From positions 1 to 64,000 of the forward strand of contig MU271199.1 of NCBI GenBank assembly GCA_021432655.1: a stretch of DNA of 64,000 bases, given 5' to 3'. Below the pieces are notes generated by a model. That model was not told the DNA's origin. It saw nothing but the letters and a program-made list of their open reading frames with translations, and did not search any database. Origin of the DNA: Atractiella rhizophila (taxonomy: Eukaryota). Below are positions 39,801 to 50,365 of this stretch, one piece after another. Made by a program: the position numbers and the translations under genes. The stretch's first letter is position 1. Every line of letters begins with the position of its first letter.

Positions 39801-39940
39801 GTCGAGGGTCATCGGACGACACGGCTGAGCTGGAGGAAGAAGACGATGATGATGCTGCTGAACGTCGTTTGAGCGAGAGGGAGGTGCAAGTGATGACGAT
39901 TCCTAAACGAAAACTATCAGTGCGCTCTTTCATTGATTGA
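36849..39940 (+). CDS. secretory-pathway Kelch/galactose-oxidase-repeat beta-propeller multi-pass membrane protein
   Basis: N-terminal hydrophobic signal; Kelch blades (VVLVGG, ILLYGG, ALLFGG..VLDLTTETWS, VLVFGG..LNDLWVL); S/T stalk; ~5 TM helices; long cytoplasmic loop. Confidence 0.8.
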
Positions 39941-40481
39941 TGCCGTAATCCTATCACTAACGGTTCGTGGGATAGGTGATTAATGCATAAAATATTATTA
40001 CATGTCCAGTCGAACTCGTCCGCCTTTATTTGTTTTCTGGTGTCTCTTAATTCCCGGACCTCGTTTTCGCTTCTTGTTTATGAGTTCTCCATTCTATACC
40101 CTGTGCTCCCATCGATCCTCTCCATCACGTCAACCTGTCATTATGTCGCATTTCCATCGATCCAATAGACTGTTTCTTCTCTTTGAGCTTCTCTTTGCTG
40201 CTCCTTGTTTTCAACGGACTTTCGTATTTCCTGTTGTTACGCTACGCCTATGCAGTCTATTGGTACAATTGCAGAACAGAATCTGATCAAACGAGCCAAG
40301 ATAAAGTGATGCGTTGTTGGATGGATGAAGAGTCGAGAGTGTAAGCACTGTTGATGGGATGACAATGGGGTGGAGAGTTGAAGGTGAATAGGCAAAGATT
40401 CGAAAGAAGAAGAAAGCGGAACAGATTTATATGTTGAAATCTGGAAATATAAAAGTGAGCAAGAAGGAGGGATAACATGGG

Positions 40482-41706
40482 TCAAGAAGGATCATGACTA
40501 AGTGTCCTTCTATGGAAAACATTCGAAACCTTAGAGATTGAACCGTGCATGATCCTGCTCAACTTCCTTCTCCTGGAATAAGGACCGGAATGAGGCGAAG
40601 GTATGCTTGGTGATGGAAGATCAAAGGCGAAGGAAAAGGGATCTTGTCTCGACAGTGTCCAGGTCACTTCCATCGAAGGAGAACGCAGTTGACCCTCTAT
40701 AATATATCGTAAAGGGAAGTCGTAAGGCTCAACTGAAAAGGTAAGGTCGGCGTTGGGCATGCTGTGCCCATCATTGGTATGTTAATTCGGAGGAGGATAG
40801 GAAAGAGAAGACGCACATATCCTCCTCTTCCCATTCTTTCATAACCCCAAAGACGCTGGTCAATTTCTTCGTTGACACCTGCGCCACCAATTTGACACTT
40901 TCGATATCTCCCCTCTTTGAACGCTTCTCCGACACCGGAGAACCAGCAAAGAAGGAACGGCGTGTCCTGATCGTGTCCTTCGCGCTCACATGTACAGGCT
41001 TCTTGACTTCCAACTTCAGCTCATAGTCCCCATCTTCCAGATGTCCTAGTAGCAGAAAGAACTCTCCATTTTCCGTCACCATTGTCGTTTGGAGAACAGG
41101 TAGCGTCGGGGGAGGAGGAGAGTAGTCAGCGTCTGGATCGAGAGCGGTTGAATCAGAAGTAGGAGAGGGAGCCGTTGATGGCCGGGTTGGGGCTTTTGGC
41201 GGACGTGGAGGGCGAGGAGGAGGTATTCGAGGTATCTGATGCACCGAAGCATGCGAAGTCGACGCCATAGAGTTGGTGAGTACATTGTTCAGACTCGTCC
41301 TCGACTGCGTCCTCGAATTCGGCGCCGTCTTGCTACCACCACTCAGTCCCCAACCTGTTCTCCTCTCGGTGGTCTCAACCGCTTCAGAACTTGATCGACG
41401 ACCAAGACTGCTGAAGATCGGGATCCTTCGAGAGCTGGGCGGACGCTTGTGTTCTCGCCCTTTCTTGGTCACTGTCCGCCCTGGCCCTGTAGGTGAAAAG
41501 GTAGGAGAGGCGACGGCAGTCGATGCGGAGGGAGAGGGGAAGGCATGCTCCGGTTCTGGAAGCTCGGCAGCATGGAGGAGAGAGGAGCTCCTGGCACGGG
41601 GAGAGAAGGGTTCAGGCACATCGGCGTCGTCCTACACCAGAACAAGAACGCATCAGTTGGCTTATCGGATGCTTACAAAGGCAAATGAGTGAGGAAAGCG
41701 CACCAT
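40482..41706 (-). CDS. Pro/Ser-rich hypothetical protein
   Basis: 282-aa ORF plus a final exon (LTFSVEPYDFPLRYIIEGQLR). Probable ATG-only first exon at 41704-41706 followed by a GTGCGC...TAG intron. Confidence 0.6.
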
Positions 41707-42762
41707 TTCTAAGACCGGGAGGGATCTCAAGTAGGACAGTTTTATGGAGATGAAATTTGAAGGAACGACAGAATTAGATATCCGAACTTGAGGAAAGAGT
41801 CCTTGCAAGTGCCTTTGTGTCTCTTATACTTATCAGTCGCTGAAAACTCGGGCGGTGTTCGAGGCCGCCTTGGGGTTACGCTAGAAAGAAGGTCAATATT
41901 ACGCCCTCTTTCGAACATGACCCGAATCATCCGACTCCACATCGACGTGAACATGCAACGTGGTATCATGTTGCAGTGCTAGCTTAAAGGGAAAGGAGAG
42001 CCAAAACCGAGGGAAAACTGGGATTCGGAACAAAAACAGAAGCACATGCAACTTCGAACAACCAACAACAACGGCGGTTGTCCAATACGCGGTTTGTTTA
42101 CTTTACATGGATCCCCTGACGCCGCAAATAAGGATGGAATGCGCGTGCCCGTTAGTATATCATGGTATGCAGCCGGTCTGGCAGGCTCGATACCGAATTC
42201 GTTGCAAATTGGAGCTCAATACATTCATATCCTCACCTACAGCGTAGCGCGATGCGAGAAGTTTCTTCAAACTGAAGGATCGCTGGAGAAGGTGCACCAT
42301 GGCACTGTTGCATGCTGTCGAATAGACGCCCATGTTTACGGCCGAGTAAAAGCTGATAATGCCAAGGGAGAACGGTTGAATGTATCCTTGGTGGGAGACT
42401 CTAAGGCGTTCTCAAGCGAATTTCTCAAAGGAAGATGCTCCATGAAGGTACGAGCTTGATGTCCCTTTCCACTTTCCACAATTCGTCCTCGGAGCGAGGG
42501 ATGTAGGAGGACGAATCAAGCACATTCATAGATAGATGAATATGAGGCAGAACGAGCAATGGTGACGATCGCGTCCTCCAAGCCTCCAAAAGAAAGTTAG
42601 GTGCTCACTGGCAATTAGGCTTCCACCGTTACTGTTCACACTTAAACCCCTGCATTGCACACAGCAATATACAACACAAACCTTCCAACACCACTTTTAC
42701 TTCCTATCCATTCGCCGTAGGCGTGTTCATTCCCAACCGAATTTGCTCTCCCTCCATCTAAT

Positions 42763-43690
42763 TCAACACATAGCATCAGCATCAGATAGACCACAACGGT
42801 CAGAGGCAGCAAGGAAACCTACCACTTTCTTAACGCGCTCCAGACGTGCGCTGTCTTTCGCGCTTGCGTTACAATCCGTCAAAGCATAAGGATGCGAAAT
42901 TATGACTTCGTCCATCACGACGATTGACGTTCCCGCCCATCGTACCGGCATACTGTCCATCATGTGACAAGGCATCACATCAATCTCTGTGCAAATGTAA
43001 AGGTGGACGGGACACCACGTACGTCTTGCTCAAAGCGTCAAATAAATCTTGTCCCTCTTTCCCAACACCTTTAGGACCGATCCTACTCTTCCTATACTCC
43101 TCCGCCCTGATGGCATCCCTCTCCTTCGCCTGCAACCCAGCAACATTCACGCTCTTCATTTTCACATACAGTTTCTCTCCTTTCGAAGGTAAGATCTCCA
43201 CAGCCTTGATCTGGTTGATCTTGATGATCCTGTAACACTTCTTCCGCGATGCATTAGAGGAAGAACCCGTCGTCGTAGGAGCAGAAGAAGAGGGAGAGCA
43301 TTCGAGAGCAACACAGCCCATAGAAGCATCGTAGCACCAAAGAAGACCTTGATACGTCCGCTCCGGAATTGAAGAGCCTGAAGGTACCATGGTGAGCTTG
43401 ATCGAAGCACCGATGAGCTCTCTCAAGTCCCTATCTTGCACTGCAGGAGCGCCAGCAGCCGCTGAAGCGGTGGCAGTGGCGGGAGAGTCGACGGAGGCAC
43501 TGTGGCCGTGATGGTGCGGATGGAGAGAGGCGTTAGGAGTTTTAGGGGAGTTGACACCCTTGACAGAGTTGGAGGAGCCGCGGCGCTGGGGTCCAGCTGG
43601 GTTGGCAGGAGACGTGAACGTCGCAAATTGCCCTTGACTGGAACCTCGACGGTTGTTGGCGGGGGAAGCATTGTGAGTCTGGCGAGACAT
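42763..43690 (-). CDS. LSM12: LSM12-like protein (Sm-like + anticodon-binding AD domain)
   Basis: LIGASIKLT..YQGLLWCYD..YRIIKINQIKAVEIL; RIGPKGVGKEGQDLFDALSKT|MPVRWAGTSIVVMDEVIISHPYALTDC..RLERVKKVV. Confidence 0.9.
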
Positions 43691-43958
43691 TATGGAGACG
43701 TTATTGAAGGAGTGGAACGGATTCAATGAGGGAATTCGAGTAACGCGTGGACGTCGACGAAAACGAGAAATCAAAGAATTTAGACCCTAACCCTATAAAA
43801 TTTTGACAACGACAAGCAGAATTGGTCCGAAGCTTGTTTATGCTAAGCGATCGTATTTTCTTAGCAGCGTGTTTTGCTAGAAACGTTTTCACTTCGTCCT
43901 CAAACAAGCATCGTCTTTATCGATTTTTTCTGAGCTGAAAAAGGCTTTCAGAGTTGTG

Positions 43959-46956
43959 ATGGCTATATCAGTGTCGTTGGATGTCTCGAATATCTCAAAA
44001 GTGTTGGCTGTTCTAGGTGCGCCACCCAGCTGCATGAATTCATTGTTTTTTATAGCTACTAATCACCTGTTTGGTCAAAGGATTTTGTACGATCTCTGCT
44101 TATCTATTACTGAAAATTACCCAACTAAATCTGGCTCTCTCCACAAAGATGTTAGCGGTCTCGGTGCGCCAGTTCTCTGGTGCAGAATTTAGTGGTGTTA
44201 CTGACTGCGTCGCCCTGATCCAGGCCTTGGATCTTACATCTTTAAGGAGCGTCTATATCTCAGGTATCCTTCTGTTCTATCTGTCAGTTGTGACCTCACT
44301 TGCCGGACAGCGAGCCTCTTCTCTGCCTTTGTCTCGGAATTGCAGTTGGGCCAGTCGGTATGCGATTGCTTTCTCTACCATGAAGACCATCTGATTCACA
44401 TCAAAATCGTGTTAGGTCTGAACTGGGTCAACCCTTTCGACTGGAATGATATCCCTCGAGATGGGAGTGAACAAGGTTTATCGCCACCCTACCTTCTTAG
44501 ACGGATGCTAATGTGAACTGGTCCAGACGAGCTCACCTTTCAACTTTCAAGGATAGTTGTGGGCATTCAAGTCTTATTCACCGGAATTTCTCTTCCCAAA
44601 GTTAAGATCCCCATCCTTTTTGAATTTCTAGGTTTGGCTGACGCCTTATTTCTGTAAACAGGCGTATCTTCGAAGGTCATGGCGAAGCTTAACTATCCTT
44701 CTGCTGCCCGTCATGGCTATAGCCTGGCTCATTGTGGCTTCAATACTCGTTGCGATCATACCTCAGCTTACATTTCTGGAGGCCCTTGTCATCGGTAACT
44801 CTCCTGCACTATGCAGAGAAGCTGAAGTGCTCAATGGCTTAAATAGCTGCGTGCGTCACGCCTACCGATCCCGTTTTGTCCTCCTCCATCGTCAAAGGTT
44901 GTTTTCTTGTCTTAACAAAGTGTCGGGATTAACCCTGTTCGAATCAGGACGGTTTGCGGAAAAGCACGTACCTGCAAGGGTTAGAGATCTAATCTTAGCG
45001 GAAAGGTACTTCTTTCGTATCTATTAGTGCTGGTTCTAATCTTCAAATAATGCACAGTGGAGCAAATGACGGACTCGGTTACCCCTTCATCTTCTGTGCC
45101 CTCTTTCTGATTAAACATCAAAAGCCCGATGGCACACATGACATTGGCGCTTCGATTGCCGATTGGGTCGTCACTACATGGATATATCAAATCGTTGTTA
45201 GCGTTGTGATGGGTGTCTTGATTGGCTTTCTTGCGAGGATTTCGCTCAAGGAAGCTGAGAAGAGGAGGTTTATCGATCAAGAGAGCTTTCTTGCTGTGAG
45301 TATTCTGTCCTCTGTCTGTGATAAAACATCAGCTCACGGAAAATGCAAGTATGGAATTGGCCTTGCGTTCTGGACTATGGGGACCGTCGGCACCTTGGGA
45401 TCGGACGATCTGCTGAGCTGCTTCATTGTGGGCAACATTTTTACGGTGAGTTCAGCTGGTTCCACTTGAGAAGGAAGTTTCTAATCAATTGAACAGTGGG
45501 GTGCGTAACCTTGATCCTCTGCTCCTAGAAGAGGCTCAGAAATGAAATCTTTCTGCAACGTAGATGACTGGTTTCGTGTGGAAACTGAAGATGACTCCTT
45601 CCAAGCCGTCATTGGTGCGCTTTCTTGCATTTGGTTCCAACTATTATGAAACATTGCCCATGCATAGATTCGCTCATCAACGTCACGGTCTTCGTCTACA
45701 TCGGCGCAGCTATGCCTTGGGCAGATTTCGGAAGCGTTGCCCTTCATCTTTCGGCTGGCAAGCTCGTCGCCATTGCCACCTTACTGCTTATTCTGCGACG
45801 GCCGCCGTGGATAGTACTCTTTCGAAAATTCATCAAGGAATTAACTGTCTTCAAAGAAACCGCTTTTTTAGGCTTTTTTGGTCCAGTTGGGGTGTCAGCG
45901 CAAGTTTTTTCCTCTCTTGCATCGTCTACAAGTACTTACCTATTCTGGATCTAGCATATATTACGCAAGTTTCTCCTTTTTTCCCTTTACAGTACAAACG
46001 CTTATGTGACATACAGGTCGAAGTCGCTTTAGAAGTATTGCCGCACGACAGACACCTTTTAAGGGCTACAATCCGACCGATTGTATGGTTTATCGTTATG
46101 TCTTCAGTGATAGGTTCGTTCTCGCTTTCCAATCTTACAATGTGATATCTAAATCACCGCGTCAGCGCACGGAATCACTGTTCCAATGGCGCACTTTGGT
46201 CCCAAAATCTCTCGCACTCTCTCCATCAGTCGAACAGCATCATGGATTCCAGGGACAACTACACCAAAAGAACGCGGGCTCACGATGAGCCGTACGAGCT
46301 CGTTACCTACCACGAATGGTCCAAGACACATCGAGAAGGAAGAAATTACCACTCATCAAACTCATCCTGGAGCCCCAGTTGCGGCGGAAAGCACCGAAAT
46401 TATAGAGGAGAATCACGTAGGAAGACTTGAGGAAGGATTAGCCGCTACATTTCTAGAGCAAGGAACGAGTCCAGTGTCAAATTTTGTTGCTCATGACCAA
46501 CCAACAATTTGTGATCACGACTCGGTCCATGGTTTCAAGTCACGTCCGCTAGTGAATAAACCGTCGACGCCTCCACAATCCACCGGTACATCCACGGTCA
46601 ACCTCCAATCGGACGATGGTGGGTCTAAGCTTCCTCGTTCGCGTGACGGTTCCCTGGCACCTGGGAGTCCTTCTGGCTCTATTCACATGGTTGGTAAAGG
46701 CGCGAAGGATCGTGTCACTTTCGAAATGACATCCCCTGGCCTGAATAAGGAGCAGGACTGGGAAGAGAATCAAGATCTTACGTCCGACAAGCAAGCATTG
46801 CGCTCTCCCCGTGAATCCCTTTCTCCTGGCAATCCATCAAGTGCCAGTACAACTCAGCTCTCGAAGACTACGAAAGAGCGCGTTACTTTCGATCTGCCTT
46901 CACCAACCCGTAGCTTCCAAAAGAATGGCGACGGTGCTGCCCTTGATAGTCAATAA
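43959..46956 (+). CDS. NHA1: plasma-membrane Na+(K+)/H+ antiporter, Nha1/Cnh1 family; highly fragmented by introns
   Basis: KERLYLSE, IQVLFTGISLPK, ACVTPTDPVL, GRFAEKHVP, AESGANDGLGYPF, IDQESFL, GSDDLL, TWDDWFR, LILRRPP, GFFGPVGVSAIYY, HGITVP. Confidence 0.95.
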
Positions 46957-47402
46957 CAACTACTGATAGCCTTCACAGCATATCATGCCTCTCCATGTGG
47001 TTTTTGGCTATGTAGCAACGACGTTAAAGCGCTTTGTTCCCTTGTGCAAGTACTGTCATCTGTAATCCTTTTACGGCCTCAAAATAGATTGTTATCTATT
47101 CATCCCTTCTCCTCCGCACGATACATGCATCATCTCTTTCCTGTGACTCTCTAAAATTCAAGTGCACACACGTCCAGGAGACAGAAGACGGAAGGGATGA
47201 ACACTTAACAGGATACGATGTTGACACAATAATGATAACTGAAAGTGGCGGCTTGTTCAGAGTGGTGATTTGATTGCCCAATCTTCGGCCGATCATGCTT
47301 CAGGTGCACATTTCTTCGACGAGTTGTCGTGCCGACAACTATTCGAACGTGTTCGCTTCTACATCATGGTCTAAGTTGAAATCCAAGTCTGTTTCCATAT
47401 CA

Positions 47403-49184
47403 CTACTCGGAGACTGTCGACAATTCTTGCAACTCGCCTGTTGCACATTCTTTCAACATCCTCTTAGAAATCCGGATCTCCTCCTCTTGCCAATCGGCAA
47501 AGAATAACAGAACACTTAAACATAATCTTCTCGTATATTTGCGTGGTTCAAATCCATCCCTCCTGGTTGCAGTCACCCACCGATCCTTGAAGAACCAGTT
47601 GATGAAGTCTGGGAAATCGAACCATTCCACCATGCAATACGCAAGCTCTATTCGCTCAATCGCTTTTGCATTTTTAAGAGTGCGGAAGAAGCGGCGGCAA
47701 ACCAGATTTGAAGTATCTGCACCACCATCAAGGTAGAGGGAGGTGACGTGCTTGAGGCGTGACAAGTCAAGTGGAGTAGGAAGGACGGAGATACTTCCAT
47801 CAGACGAGAAGGAGGCGAGCTTGATCTCGAGATATTCTAGATGAGGTGGAAGAGGGGAGCTTGAGATGGAAGGTGGCAGAGGACACAAATGGCAGAGACT
47901 CAAATCCAGGAGAGCGTGTGGGAGGGTTAGAGACGGGAGAGGTGGATACTTGTGAAGTTCTAGGGATAAGAGTCCAGGAGGTAATTGCAGGCGGGTTGAT
48001 GCAGAAAGGGCAGAAGAGGTCCTAGAAGAGGAAGAGTCCTTGTCCGCATAAGCGCTGAGCCTTTTGATCCTCCCACCCATCCTCTGCATGAATCTTTCCA
48101 CCTCCCTCTTCCTCCACATCCTCGAGCCCAGATGTCCAAACGCGATGCTCTCCAGCCTTGTCAACCCTTCAATTGCAGTCAAAACCAACTTTGCCTCCTC
48201 CTCATTCCAAAATGCGTCCACTGATACTTCTGTAACATTCGGAGATCCCTCGATAATATTTTTTGCCATCACAGCGCTGATACCTTCTTCAAACCGCAAT
48301 GTGCTCCACAGACGGCCAGAATCAGGATACATATTCAAGCGGGCATGCATCTCATTCACAGACGTAGGTTCCTCCCAGTAAGCAGCTGAAAGCGACCTCC
48401 AGAACTGGCAGACATTTGAGAGGATGGAAGCAGCATTGTATCCGTTGACGGCATCTCCAGTTTCGCGCCATGTAATGAAATCGAAGATGAGAGAAAGAAT
48501 CTCGACAGGCAGGCGCGAGATAGAGCATGGTCCAATCCCTGAGAGCTGGATAATGTTCGTAGCACTCTGGCGTGTGGATGGGATGGAAGGTTCGCCATCA
48601 TGGACGAAGCGCAGGCCGTCTTCAGCGTATACGGTGATGGGGGCGAAGATGATTTGAGAGCGGCATGCAGGCAGAGGGAACATGCGAGTCACGATTGTTC
48701 GAGTGAAGAGCTTTATCTGGGGAGAGGGTTCTCTAGCTGGATCCCCCGTATCAACAGATGAGGGCCGTTCCACCTCCCCAAAGGTCAAGGTAACATTTTT
48801 ATAGGCAAACGACACGCAAAGATTCATGACACCAGCCGAATAGTTTTCGATTGTATTTTCGAGTGCGAAATAGAACAATTTTGATGCAACCGCTGCAGGA
48901 CGCTTATACAATCTATGAGGGAAGACAAAACTGATCCGGAGCGTGTGTATTGATGAGGGTAGCAGCGATAAGAAAGATGGAAGAATGGAGAGATGCAGCG
49001 TGGTGCCCCTCGAACTGCTCCATTTTGCTGGGGTGATGAGATTAACAAGCGCGATCGAGTCTGTTCGCCGCTCGACCATTTCTTCAGAGTCGCCAAGACT
49101 ACAGCCCCCAAATCCTTTTAGATGCGACCAGAAAACAAACCAAAGACGGGATTCATGCCTGCTTTGCATCGTCACACACGACAC
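47403..49184 (-). CDS. F-box-like / leucine-rich repeat protein (lineage-expanded type), apparently intronless
   Basis: 593-aa ORF; ISRLPVEILSLIFDF...LSNVCQFWRSL F-box; LPPGLLSLEL, LPHALLDLSL, LPPHLEYLEI repeats. True start uncertain. Confidence 0.75.
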   Translation of the reverse strand: MSCVTMQSRHESRLWFVFWSHLKGFGGCSLGDSEEMVERRTDSIALVNLITPAKWSSSRGTTLHLSILPSFLSLLPSSIHTLRISFVFPHRLYKRPAAVASKLFYFALENTIENYSAGVMNLCVSFAYKNVTLTFGEVERPSSVDTGDPAREPSPQIKLFTRTIVTRMFPLPACRSQIIFAPITVYAEDGLRFVHDGEPSIPSTRQSATNIIQLSGIGPCSISRLPVEILSLIFDFITWRETGDAVNGYNAASILSNVCQFWRSLSAAYWEEPTSVNEMHARLNMYPDSGRLWSTLRFEEGISAVMAKNIIEGSPNVTEVSVDAFWNEEEAKLVLTAIEGLTRLESIAFGHLGSRMWRKREVERFMQRMGGRIKRLSAYADKDSSSSRTSSALSASTRLQLPPGLLSLELHKYPPLPSLTLPHALLDLSLCHLCPLPPSISSSPLPPHLEYLEIKLASFSSDGSISVLPTPLDLSRLKHVTSLYLDGGADTSNLVCRRFFRTLKNAKAIERIELAYCMVEWFDFPDFINWFFKDRWVTATRRDGFEPRKYTRRLCLSVLLFFADWQEEEIRISKRMLKECATGELQELSTVSE

Positions 49185-49370
49185 GACAAAATCTTGAACT
49201 GCCTAGAGTAGGCCGTTCGTGAGAGGATGAAGGAAAGATACTTCTTTAATTGGAAGAATTGAAATACACTGAGAAATAAGGATACAAGCGGCTATCCAAT
49301 CGATCAATAAGTGATCAATCCATTACTCACGTGCTGGTTGTTGTGAACGGCCAAGTTGGAATGGCTCAGA

Positions 49371-50170
49371 ATGATCGCCTTCTGCTTCATACGAAGTCTT
49401 GTCCTACTGCTGCTCATTACCTGTTGCGTCGCCAATACAGAAATAATTAATTTTTACTACGAACCAACTGATGCTCCTGCCGACGTGGAGAGAAACACAA
49501 TTTCCCCATCCTCCCAAATCACATCATCAATTCCCATCTCGCTCAGTCCTTTAACCGGCTGGGATAAGCCTAAAGTACTCTACAAGGAGAGTAACTTGTC
49601 ATGGACCTTGGTTGGTATGGACAGGGGTAGCTACACTGCTAGGTTTTGTTGGAGTGCTGGCGTGAGTTTTCCATCGCCTTCCCAACAACGTTTCCTGTTC
49701 TTGTATCCGGCATAATATGATGCATTACACATAGTCAACGCGGGAAAACGCTCTTAAAAGACGTACTTCGGCTGACATCTGCTGGGAGCCGTCGACAGTG
49801 ATCAATGCTCATGCTCATCAGACATGTGTGACCTGCTTCAACAAAGAAGAAACTCTCCCTGTCTTGACTAGTTTTTGCCTCTCGTACTAATCATACCGCC
49901 TCGTAGCATGCAATATCAGCCAAGCTACGGTTCGATCCACCATCCACGTTGCATTTGACGGCTTCGTTCGCCTCAGTCTATGCGCGACCTCCTCCGAGTG
50001 ACGAGATAGATGTGCCTTTCAACCTCCTTGTCGAACCTTTAATCTTCGGACTCCTACCTGAAACAACAGTCCCGCTCGTCGTCTCTCTCACTGTCATACT
50101 GGTAGTTGGAACTGCGAATATGGGAAGGCTGAAGAGAGGGCTTATTTGGCTGACCACTATTCAGGATTAA
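49371..50170 (+). CDS. small ER-type membrane protein, Pga1-like (GPI mannosyltransferase II cofactor) candidate
   Basis: Signal peptide followed by ANTEIINF, YTARFCWSA, and FNLLVEPLIFGLLPETTVPLVV plus a C-terminal TM. Family assignment is from remembered motif pattern only. Confidence 0.55.
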
Positions 50171-50365
50171 TCGCTTTGTTCGCTACAAAGCTGTCAGAGG
50201 TTGTAGAGATGGTTATATACGATCCCATTATCGAAATTGATGTGCACTACCAACTAAACGGAACGTAGCGAACCGAATGTCCAGTAAACACAAATAAACA
50301 GATTTAAGGCTGGCTTAAGTAAACTACAGAGAAATTGCGCAAAAATGAGGATATCTCAATTTACA

